64,000 nt of DNA from the human T2T-CHM13v2.0 reference genome, Homo sapiens: NCBI RefSeq assembly GCF_009914755.1, contig NC_060930.1; one strand, given 5' to 3'. The translations under genes were made by a program, and so were the position numbers. This document shows positions 54,486 through 64,000 of the stretch, piece after piece (positions within the stretch are counted from its first letter, which is position 1; every line of letters begins with the position of its first letter). The notes beneath the pieces were generated by a model. The model saw only the letters and a program-made list of their open reading frames with translations. It ran no database searches and was not told where the DNA came from.

Positions 54486-56329
54486 TCAAGGCCTATTTTT
54501 TTCCTTATCATCCACGTTATTAATCCAGTGGGTACTGCGTCTGACCCCTGAGAGGTTTCTTGGCCTGATAAACTAATGACAATAGTGAAGCATTAACAAA
54601 GATATCCTGAGATGCTGAAAAAAAGTATGATGGGGAAGTATGAAAGAAAGAGGTGGGGAAATGGTGATTTTTTTTTGTATTCATGTTTCTTTTAGTTTTA
54701 AATGGTAAAACCTTCTCCTATCCCAAATAAGTTGGTTTCTACTTACAGCTGGAAGGTTCTTAAAAACAACTATTTGGAATCAAAGATCCATGCCTCTGTT
54801 TGTTGAATTTAATTGCTGTATGGTTTATTGGAAAGGCCAGGGGTGGTGAATTTAAACCGTTTAAAATAGCAAACGATTAAAGTGAATTAAATTTAGTGCC
54901 TCTGAGATTTTTGATATATGTTCCAAATTTGTTTTTAATAACATAATTGTTCCATGTTACATTTAAGATTCCATCACAGGGAACTGGTTACGTGTGCAGT
55001 TATGCTTGTAGAAACCAATTCCAAATGTCAAAAATTAAAGTGAGGGCAACTGTAATGATATCATTAAAAAAGTAGAAGTTGAAAATGGAAGAGAAACACT
55101 TAGGTTGAATAAGGTCTTAATATGAAAGCTTTGAATAGAAAAACCTGAAAAAAATCACATGCATTAGGTTGACTTAAGGCCTTTTCAACAGCATTTAAAT
55201 CGTTGACTTACAAGTAGAAACCAATGCATTTTCTCAAGGTATTTATTCATTCATTTTAGTGGAAAAAGATAGCTCCTGATCACGCAAATGGGAATTGTGC
55301 TAAATAAATTTTGAGAACATCCATCAAGAAATAAGTTACTAGTCATATGTATAAATGATTATTATATTTCATGTTTTAATAGTTTCTGTTAGTTTTCAGA
55401 CTTTTTTTTTCTTAACTACAAGTACTGTAATTGCAATATTTTCTTGCCTCTGGGGCTTTCTCTTCCACAATTAATCATCTTTTTCTTCCACACCTTCCCT
55501 CCAAATGATTATTCCCCCTAGCTTCAGAACACTTGACATTAATTCATACTATTTCATCTTCACAGCTTTCAAAACATTGTCCTGCCCTTGCTTAGCTCCA
55601 CGAGCCACCCCCCTTGCATTTAAAAAATTGGTTAACAGAAGCATTTTTGTACTATCTCTTTGCCAGAAGATGCTATTTACTTGGAAACAAATTAGCTTCC
55701 TTAATCAAACTTTTGAATTTGAAACTCTCTATATTTAAATTCCTTAGTATAACATCTATACTTCCAAAGTAGCAGTATGTTCACTTTAAACATTCAGAAA
55801 ATTTGGATCCTAAGACTTTATCCTTCATCCTTCTGACTCTAGAATACATGTCCTTGATCATCAGAACCAAGAAAGAAATTGAGTCTCACCAGCTACACCA
55901 CAAGTGCCAGCAGAGGAAACACTTTCAAACTGTCACTCACCTTCACATTTACAGGCAGCTTATCCATACGTCCTTTATAAACATCATTATGTATTGGTGC
56001 TTAAGACTTCAGTCACATGAGGTAAGCTTTCCAGTTTACAGGCAAAAGGGGGTGGCAATGGAGCCCTTTTCTTTATTTTTTTGTTTTTTTAGATCAAAAC
56101 AAAAGCCAGTTTGGTCTGATGCTGCCATTTGTCAAGCATCTTTTAGAAAGCCGCCTAATGCATTAAATTAACCAAGTCAGGTTTAAAGTGTTTCCCATGC
56201 CCACAGTGACAGACGAGTTACCAGGCATGCTTAAGCAGACTGTCAAACTTTTGTTTACTCCTTTTAAACGGAAAGTCAGATTTTTTTTTTTTTTTTTTAA
56301 AGATGTGTGGTGCGGAACAAGACGCTCAC

Positions 56330-57500
56330 CTGTACACAACAAAGGCAGGTCTTTCCCGGCTGTCCTCACTGGGGGAGGGGATGGACAATCGCTAGACCTT
56401 TGTCCTCAGGTCCTGGGCATGGGGGTTAGGGGAGACGCGACTTTCTGGGAGTCGTGTAGGCACCTGCAGTCAAGAAACTACATATTGGTTTTGACCTCAA
56501 TGACTGCCCTGGCTTAACCTTTGGAGAGGCCCTTTAGTTCGGGGAGGGGGCTTGCTGCTCCAAACCGTAGCCACGTCACCCACAAGGACTGGGGAGGAAA
56601 TGACTGACCGCTCAAGAGTCAGGGACCCCTGTCTCTCCCAACTAGACCCGAACGTCCACAGCCCTCTTATCGGGCTCGCCCCGTGGCGGGCAGGGCCGTG
56701 GTGCGCAGGGATCGCGGCGGGCGCAGACCCGGTCTCTTGCTCGGTGTCCCCGCCGCGCCCGCACCGCCACCGTGAGGCCGAGCCGGGGATGGTGCCCCGT
56801 GGCGGCGGCGGCGGCGCCTCCGCGCTCCTCTCCGCACCGCCCCGGCCGCCGCCGCGCCAGGCACGGGCGGGGGGATTTTTTTCCCGTTTCCCCCTCTTTC
56901 GCGCTCTCGCTCCTGTTCAGCGGGAGAGCCCGCAGAGTCAGGGAGGGAGCGAGGGAAGGGGTGGAGGTGGCGGGGGGAGGCCGGAGGGGCGGATCCTGCC
57001 TGGGGGCTGATCCCTCCCTCCCCTCGGCCGGGCTCCGTGGCGGCAGCGGCAGCAGCGGCGGCTCCATTCCCCCTCCTCCCCCGGGAGCGGCGGCGGCGGC
57101 CGGGCCGGGGCCCCAGCGCGGGCCGGGAGGGGGCACGGCGGAGGCCACGGAGGCAGGCGCGGGAGAAGACCGCGCTCCGCTTCCCGGGCCGCGCCGACCT
57201 GCTCGGCGGCCTGCCCGCCCGCGCCCAGGGGCCCCGAACGGTGGGGCCGGGCAGGCGGCTGAGGTAATGGGGGCGGCAGCGGGGCCGGACAGAGCGGGGG
57301 CGGGGGCATCGGGGCCTTCGGGGACCAGGGACTGCACGGGGGGAAACCGGAGAAGCGGGGGGCTTTCCGAGCAGGGCGGGGGCGGTGCGAAAGCTCTCTC
57401 CTGGAGCGAGGGCGGCGGCAGGGAAGGAGAAGGCGGGTGAGCGGGGGAGCTGAGAAGCGAGGACCCCCTCCCGCAGCCGCCATCTTGTCTCCCCCCCCAG
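56330..57500 (-). ncRNA. Candidate first-exon region of an antisense lncRNA (probably the annotated BRPF3-AS1)
   Basis: Minus-strand AAGATGGCGGC (YY1) lies downstream of CCAAT/GC boxes, followed by a minus-strand donor CAG|GTGAGC at 56330/56329. The lncRNA identity is from memory and the exon limits are inferred. Confidence 0.4.
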
Positions 57501-57730
57501 CCCTGGATTCCGAGCCGCTAAGCCCCGCCCCCGCCACGCCTTCCAATTGGCCTGGCCAGACGAGAGTCCCGCCCCTTGAGCGGCCCTAGGTCCCCTGGGT
57601 CCCTCTGACGGGCAGGTGACGCAGCCAATGGGTTCTCGCCTCTCCGCCCCGCTCATTCGCTGGCGCTCGCTTTCTCTGTCTGAGGGTCGGACTCCACGTC
57701 AGGCTGTCTCTGGTGCGCTCGCCCCTCCTC
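56640..57730. promoter_or_regulatory. CpG island / TATA-less promoter of BRPF3, probably also driving antisense transcription
   Basis: Very high GC and CpG density against a CpG-depleted background. Contains GC boxes (57523-57531), CCAAT boxes (57543-57550, 57625-57629), TGACG half-CREs (57606, 57617), a YY1 motif (57476-57486) and (GGC)5 at 56801. Confidence 0.93.
57030..57263 (+). other. BRPF3: Non-coding exon 1 of BRPF3 (start approximate)
   Basis: GC-rich, ATG-free leader with GGC/GCA triplet runs inside the CpG island, ending at donor GAG|GTAATG (57263/57264). The TSS cannot be fixed from sequence alone. Confidence 0.7.
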
Positions 57731-58599
57731 TCTGAGGAGATGTTATTTCCCTCCTTTCTTCTCCGAGGGGTCAAGATTCTTCTGGAAGAGGTGCCCCCTT
57801 AAAGGAGCAGGAGCCTTGGCTGGGGTCCTCCTTGTCTCCTGAGTATCTTGTGTGAGGTGCAGGGGATACAGTCTAATTGCAGAAGCTCCTCATTCTTCGG
57901 GGACCTGGATGGGGTGGGTGAGCGAGGGGTCAGGGGGTGCCGAGGGGAAATCTGGGGGGGCGGGGGTTGTTGGAGATATTTTGGAGGTGTGTATGTGGGA
58001 AGGGCTGTGTAGGTTGAGAAACTCCCGCCAAAAAACTCGTCTAGACTGTAAGCTCCTTGTGGGCGAAACTCTTTTCATTTCCCTCATCAGTAGTCCCTTC
58101 CCCCTCTAGAGTTTCTCCCCGGTGTCTGGAGGCGTGGGTGGGACAAAACACGTCTGTGTAGAGTCTTGCATGGTCGAGAGATGCTTGAGCAGCCGAGGAG
58201 GTGGCAGGTGGGGAAGGAGAAGATGGAGCGGCTTTCATGAAAGTGGGCGCCGCACCGCCTGTCTGCGCTGTTTGGGGTCGGTGTGGAGGCAGATGTTCTC
58301 ACCTCTTCTAGGGCCTCGGTGCCTTTGGAGGGGTGGGTGATGAAGCAGGTCTGTTGGCCCTGTCTGCCCCCAGGGACTTGGCATTTGTAAGGAATCCAGT
58401 AGCCAAGGGCCTCTGGAACCCGGACAGAATTGCTGCGATGATTCTGTTTCCTTTGGCTCCAAATGGGGTGTGTGCCAGCCCGCCTGGCACTGCTCCTCAG
58501 CCAAATTGGTTTTTTGTTTGTTTCAGTCACACTTTGGGATTGGAAGGCCTTTCAAGTAAAGATGTTAATAATACCTTATTAACAAGTAGCACCTAGAGA

Positions 58600-58940
58600 G
58601 CTAGATTGTGTTACCCTCATTTTACTGATGGAGTATGGAGGCATAGAGAGCTTAAGGGACTTTCTCTAGGTCACAGAGGGCCAAGATTAGAACCTAGATT
58701 GCCCCAGAGCCTCGTTTTGTACCAGACCATAGCACCTCTGTGGTGTTCTTAATTCCCACTGAGAGGAATTGAGCATCGGAAGACCTGGGTTCAAATTGTA
58801 GCGTTATCACTTACTAGCTTTACGTTGAGTGACATCTTTCTGAGCTTCTGTGTAGATGATAATAGCTACACCATCTCCTAAGGTAGTTGTGAGAAATATT
58901 AAAAGTAAGAGGGCTTTGTAGTTTGGAAAAAGTGCTTTTA
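58600..58940. mobile_element. MIR fragments in BRPF3 intron 1
   Basis: cattttactgatggag...ggtcacag and agacctgggttcaaat...gttgtgagaaatattaa. Confidence 0.65.
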
Positions 58941-59390
58941 TTATCACCGTCTCTACTTTATATAGATGGTAGACCCTGCAACCAAGGCGATGAATTGTTT
59001 TTCTCTTTGAAATCTTCTCTTTGTTCATATCCTTCCAAGTCTGCCCACACCATGGGGCCCTGTATCCCCAAAGGTCTCTCCTGGTGGTGACAGCCTTGGT
59101 AACTGCCTACCGCAGCTCCTTATGAGCTTGTCATCCAGAGAATGATGGGGGAAACTAGGACTTTCTCTTGGCTGTACAAGGATAGACTAGATATGAGTGT
59201 TCTGGGAGAGACTTTTGAGGTAACAGAATGCATTGAGAGTTTACCTCAGATACTGCCCAGATCATCTTGGCCTTCGGTCGAATGAAGGTCCTAGACAGGC
59301 CACTATAACTTCAGAGATCTCTTGGAGCCACTCTCAGAGCTTCTAGGGTTTGTTTCTGCCTGGAAATGTACTAGTTGGTGTATCCTGGAT

Positions 59391-59709
59391 CAGGGGTTCC
59401 CAACCCCCAGGCCGCAGACTGTGGCCTGTTAAGAACCAGGCCATACAGCAAGAGGTGAGTGGCGGGCAAGCGAGCATTACCACCTGAGCTCTGCCTCCTG
59501 TCAGATCAGCGGCTGCTTTGGATTCTCATAGGAGCGCGAACCCTACTGTGAACTGCGCATGTGAGGGATCTAGGTTGCATGCTCCTTATGAGAATCTGAC
59601 TAATGCCTGATGATCTGAGGTGGAACAGTGTTCACCACCCACCCTCATCTGTGGAAAAATTGTCTTCCACGAAACCAGTCCCTGGTGCCAAAAAGGCTGG
59701 GGACCGCTG
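59391..59709. mobile_element. MER1B, opposite orientation to the copy at 5115
   Basis: TIRs caggggttccc / ggggaccgctg and perfect 8-bp TSD tcctggat. Confidence 0.92.
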
Positions 59710-59999
59710 TCCTGGATGGTGTCTTTTGTAGGGAATACCCTGCATACTGTAGTTTGAAGCCCTTAGACCATGTATCATAGATATTTCAGATGCCTTCACC
59801 CCTTCACCTCTAGGCAGGGTCAAGGAGTAGGGTTTCTGATCGTGGTAAGAGGTATTGGGAGAAGACTCTAGTGACTTTTGATCCTCTGATGGGGCCCATT
59901 GTTCACGTACAGAGCTTGACAGTGGATGCTTTTCTTGTTTTCTTTTCTAAACCGTTAACTACATGTGTTTTCCATAGTTAGCTGTCGCCCAGCTTTATG

Positions 60000-60500
60000 T
60001 ACATCATTAGAACATTAGATCTTTCCCCATGTTACACTGTAATAATCTGTTTACTTTTCTGTCTTTTGAGTTAGACAGGGCTCCTTGAGGGCAGGGATCA
60101 TGTGTGTTTGATTTCTTCTTTCATTCAACTAATACTTATTGAGTGGTTACTTAGGAGCTAAGCACTGCTCCAGGAACTGGGGATGCAGCAGTGAACAAGA
60201 CAAACAAAAATTCTTCCCCTCATGGAGCTTATATTCTAGTGGAAGGAAGGAAACAATAAACATAGTAGTAGGTAAATTATGTAGCATGGTATAAGATGAT
60301 GAATGTTAAAGGGAAAAATAAAGCAGAATGAAAGGTAGATTGCTGGTGGAGGAAAAGGATTTGCAATTTTAGATAAAGTGGTCAGAGAAGGTCTCACTGA
60401 GAAGTGTTGTTCACTTGAAGAAATGAAAGACTCAAAGGAAGTGAAGGAGCAAGCCATGTGGATGCCTGAGGGGCAAGTTGTTCAGACAGAGGGAAAAGCC
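60000..60500. mobile_element. L2 fragments
   Basis: ctccttgagggcagggatcatgt; tcattcaactaatacttattgag...ctcatggagcttatattctagtgg. Confidence 0.7.
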
Positions 60501-60589
60501 AGTCCTCTTGGTGGATGCTTGATCATATGGGAGGATGAATGGGTGCATAAGGGCATCCAACTCATAGTCTCCTGGCCTTCTCTCCTTAG

Positions 60590-60615
60590 GCCTGTCCCCT
60601 CAGTTCCCAGGTGCC
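60590..60615 (+). other. BRPF3: 5' UTR part of BRPF3 exon 2 (26 nt before ATG)
   Basis: Polypyrimidine tract cctggccttctctccttAG ends at 60589. Splicing from the donor at 57263 places an in-frame TGA (57260-57262) upstream of the ATG, which supports 60616 as the start codon. Confidence 0.8.
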
Positions 60616-62063
60616 ATGAGGAAGCCTCGTCGGAAGTCCCGGCAGAATGCCGAGGGCCGGCGTTCCCCGTCCCCCTACAGTCTCAAGTGCTCACCCACCC
60701 GGGAGACCCTGACATATGCCCAGGCCCAGCGGATTGTCGAGGTAGACATTGATGGACGCCTGCATCGTATCAGCATCTATGACCCACTCAAAATCATTAC
60801 TGAAGATGAGCTAACTGCCCAGGATATCACCGAATGCAATAGTAACAAGGAAAACAGTGAACAGCCTCAGTTCCCTGGCAAGTCCAAGAAACCCTCATCC
60901 AAGGGCAAAAAGAAGGAATCCTGCTCCAAGCATGCATCTGGTACTTCCTTCCACCTCCCACAGCCCAGCTTCCGTATGGTGGACTCAGGCATCCAGCCAG
61001 AAGCACCCCCGCTGCCTGCTGCCTACTACCGCTACATTGAGAAGCCACCTGAAGACCTGGATGCAGAGGTAGAGTATGACATGGATGAGGAGGACCTTGC
61101 CTGGCTGGACATGGTGAATGAAAAACGGCGAGTAGATGGGCACAGTTTGGTGTCTGCAGATACCTTTGAGCTGCTGGTAGACCGGCTTGAGAAAGAGTCA
61201 TACTTGGAGAGTCGCAGCAGTGGGGCCCAACAGTCACTCATCGATGAAGACGCTTTCTGCTGTGTGTGCCTGGATGATGAATGTCACAATAGCAATGTTA
61301 TTCTCTTCTGTGACATCTGCAACCTGGCTGTACACCAGGAGTGCTATGGCGTCCCATACATCCCTGAGGGCCAGTGGCTATGCCGCTGCTGCCTGCAGTC
61401 TCCCTCCCGGCCTGTGGATTGCATCCTTTGCCCCAATAAGGGTGGCGCCTTCAAACAGACCAGTGATGGGCACTGGGCCCATGTGGTGTGTGCCATCTGG
61501 ATCCCTGAAGTCTGCTTTGCTAACACCGTGTTCTTGGAACCTATTGAGGGCATTGACAATATCCCGCCTGCCCGCTGGAAACTAACCTGCTATATCTGCA
61601 AGCAGAAAGGGCTAGGTGCAGCCATCCAGTGCCATAAGGTGAACTGCTACACAGCATTCCATGTGACATGTGCACAGCGGGCTGGGCTCTTCATGAAGAT
61701 TGAGCCCATGCGCGAAACCAGCCTCAATGGCACCATCTTTACAGTGCGCAAGACTGCCTACTGTGAGGCCCACTCGCCACCAGGTGCGGCCACTGCTAGG
61801 AGGAAGGGCGACTCCCCTAGAAGCATCAGTGAGACTGGCGATGAGGAAGGGCTGAAGGAGGGTGATGGAGAGGAGGAAGAAGAGGAAGAGGTGGAGGAAG
61901 AAGAGCAGGAAGCTCAAGGCGGGGTGAGTGGCTCCCTCAAGGGAGTGCCCAAGAAAAGCAAGATGAGTTTGAAGCAGAAGATCAAGAAGGAGCCAGAGGA
62001 AGCAGGCCAAGACACACCCTCCACTCTCCCCATGCTTGCTGTCCCACAGATACCCTCTTACAG
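60616..62063 (+). CDS. BRPF3: First coding exon (exon 2) of bromodomain and PHD finger-containing protein 3, scaffold of the KAT7/HBO1 histone acetyltransferase complex; CDS continues beyond the window
   Basis: 483-aa ORF starting [10 protein letters not shown]. It has an EPC-like motif ([13 protein letters not shown]), PHD1 ([24 protein letters not shown]), a Zn knuckle (CILC..WAHVVC), PHD2 (CYIC..IQC..C..FHVTC..YCEAH) and a Glu-rich tract. ATG is in gccATG context; the exon ends at donor CAG|GTAAGC (62063/62064), 1448 coding nt, phase 2. The ORF track's stop at 62065-62067 is intronic. Confidence 0.97.
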
Positions 62064-62319
62064 GTAAGCATGCCCAGAAGGGCTCCTTAGGGACTCATGG
62101 TTTCTTCTTGGGTTGGTGTTGGCCCTGTGCCAGGCCTTCGCTAAACACAGTTGGACACTATATCCTCCTCCCCGAATTTAAACTCTTCCTTTTGACCCCA
62201 GGCTCACCTGGCCTGGTTTGTGGTTTTGATTTTGCCCTCAGAGTAATGTATTTCCTTTAGTTCAAAGTGAAATAAAACACTTAAGTTACTTAGAAACTCA
62301 GGTGATAGGATATCTAAGA

Positions 62320-62545
62320 CAGTATTTTTCAATAGGGGCACTAAGTGACATTTTGGACAGGATAATTCTTCGTTATTAGAAGTGTCCTGTACATTTCTAG
62401 ATGTTTAGTATCCCTGGTCTTTGTAAATGCCAGTCGCATCCCCTCCCCCATTGCCTGGTCTTTGTGACAAACTCAAACCCTCCTCATGCATGTTTTCAAA
62501 AACCCTTGGGGAGGGTAGAACTAATTACCCAGTGAAGAACCACTG
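62320..62545. mobile_element. MER20-like MITE in BRPF3 intron 2
   Basis: ggacaggataattcttcgtt...tgtcctgtacat..gatgtttagtatccctgg...gaagaaccactg. Confidence 0.65.
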
Positions 62546-63494
62546 TTTCAGAGGATCGGCATGGCCATCTGCTGTCCAGCAAGTTCTGTCCTGGGTATGA
62601 GGGGGGTGGTGGTGTGGAGAGAACATGCTATTCCTCCTCTTGAAGCTTTAGATTTAGGGATAAGAGGATCATTCAGTTCAGCTGTGTAGCTAAGCTCTGT
62701 GGACCCCCCCCCCCCTCCGCCCCCGCCATTGAGTCTGTAGAGAGCCCATGGTACCTGTTTTAAAACATCAGAGAGGTACCTGGAACCATTGGAGGGATGG
62801 GAGCTTGGCAGAGAAGCAAGAGATAGGGAAGATTTCCTAGCAGAGACTCATCTCAGGGGTGGTGTTCATTAAACAGTATACACTGTTAGAGCAGGAAGGA
62901 GTCTTGGAGACTGTTCATCTGATGTAGTCCTTGCACCTTCTCCCACACCCCCAGATGAAGAAACTGCGGCCAAGGGAGGTAAAGTTGTTCACTCCTTTAT
63001 TCATTCAATGATATATTTATTGAGCACTTAATACATGCCATGTCCTGTTCTAAGGGATGGAACCAGGTGGAAAGTGACAGACCCTATACCACAAGAGCTG
63101 GGGCTCATGATGCCTCTAGGTTGCATTCCTGTAGTCCGTCTCTCTTGATGAGAAGGGTAGAGAGAAAGGAGTGCTGGGGAAAGAGTTGTGTGAGAGCTAT
63201 GAATAGGCAACCAGACTTGCCAGGCTGGGAAGAAGACATAAGTGTGAGATCAGAAGGGGGAGGCTCTTATTGCCAGTTATTACCCAAGTTAGAATTTCAG
63301 TGACTCTGTATGTGTTTTCTAGTCACAGAGCTGTTCTAGGTTATTCTTTTTCCTGAGGTAAGTGGGTGGATGCTTAGTTCCCATCTGTAGGGTGGTTTTA
63401 CCCTGAGGCTAGAATCTTTGGTTGACATATATGTTGTTCTAGATGCCTCTTGCTGGGGCCAGCAGAGCTTGCTGGCTAAGAACCAGACAAACCT

Positions 63495-63690
63495 ACATTT
63501 GAAACCCAATTCTGTGACTTAGTACCTTTGTGACTTTTGGCAAGTTGCTTAGCTGCTCTAAGCCTTAGTTTATTTGTAAATGAACCCACCACATAGAGTT
63601 GTTGTGAGAAATAAATGAGATAATATAAGTAAAGCACTTAGCACAGTGTCTGGCAAATAGTAAGTGCTCAATAAATGGTGACTACTGCTG
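63495..63690. mobile_element. MIR
   Basis: gtgacttttggcaagttgctt...gtaaagcacttagcacagtgtctggcaaatagtaagtgctcaataaatg. Confidence 0.8.
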
Positions 63691-64000
63691 CTGCTGCTAT
63701 TTTATTATTGCTGTTCTTTTCCCTACCTGCACAAATGCTGTTGGGATCCTCCATGGCCAAGAGGTAGAGGGAGGGTGCTGCCTACATCTGGGCAGGTGTG
63801 CTTGGCATGGACATTGGTCGGGATCTGTCCTTTGGGGAGAGGCCTAGTTCTTGATTTTATAAGCTTGGCTTTGGGGCAGGAATGTCTGACTGTGGAGAGG
63901 AGCAAGGCCTAGGTGAGCAACGTCCTGCCCAACATGCCCATCCTTCTAAGGTTTCAACTTGTTTAGCTGTGCTTATCTTTGTTTCAATGGAGTGGCATGA

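Noticed and set aside
56010-56030. Plus-strand donor GAG|GTAAGC as an upstream BRPF3 exon
   Set aside because: No associated promoter or acceptor is evident; isolated donor matches are common.
56552-57656. Long overlapping ORFs (152-329 aa) on both strands of the CpG island
   Set aside because: Low-complexity Gly/Ala/Pro/Arg translations, expected from stop-codon scarcity at very high GC; no domain, and most starts are non-ATG.
60378-60752. 124-aa ORF overlapping the BRPF3 start as a uORF
   Set aside because: It begins in intronic L2-derived sequence that is removed by splicing.
60827-62010. Alternative-frame and antisense ORFs overlapping BRPF3 exon 2
   Set aside because: Shadows of the real coding exon; no independent support.

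Overview
This is primate genomic DNA and almost certainly human, because an Alu carries all five AluYa5 diagnostic bases. The only protein-coding sequence I can support is the first coding exon of BRPF3 (60616-62063, + strand; EPC-like N-terminus, PHD-Zn knuckle-PHD module, acidic tract). It is preceded by a CpG-island promoter and a non-coding exon 1 (~57030-57263). From recalled gene order at 6p21.31 (MAPK14-MAPK13-BRPF3; not verifiable here), the first ~4.8 kb is probably the long 3' UTR of MAPK13. The ~50 kb in between is mostly interspersed repeat: about 35 Alus, many L1 relics, LTRs (MER11, THE1/MST, MLT1/2, MER21, MER50-like), an ERVL-like internal relic and DNA-transposon MITEs. Repeat names and boundaries were assigned by eye and are approximate unless a target-site duplication (TSD) is quoted. 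I found no convincing new biological system. The best leads are regulatory or structural: an antisense promoter inside BRPF3 intron 1 with strong minus-strand splice donors, a dense FOXA/ONECUT/HNF4-like motif cluster at ~21.25-21.57 kb, poly(A) signals inside transposons plus an inverted Alu pair in the putative MAPK13 3' UTR, a nested MER11 solo LTR, a young AluYa5 near the BRPF3 promoter, and two insertions with non-canonical structure.
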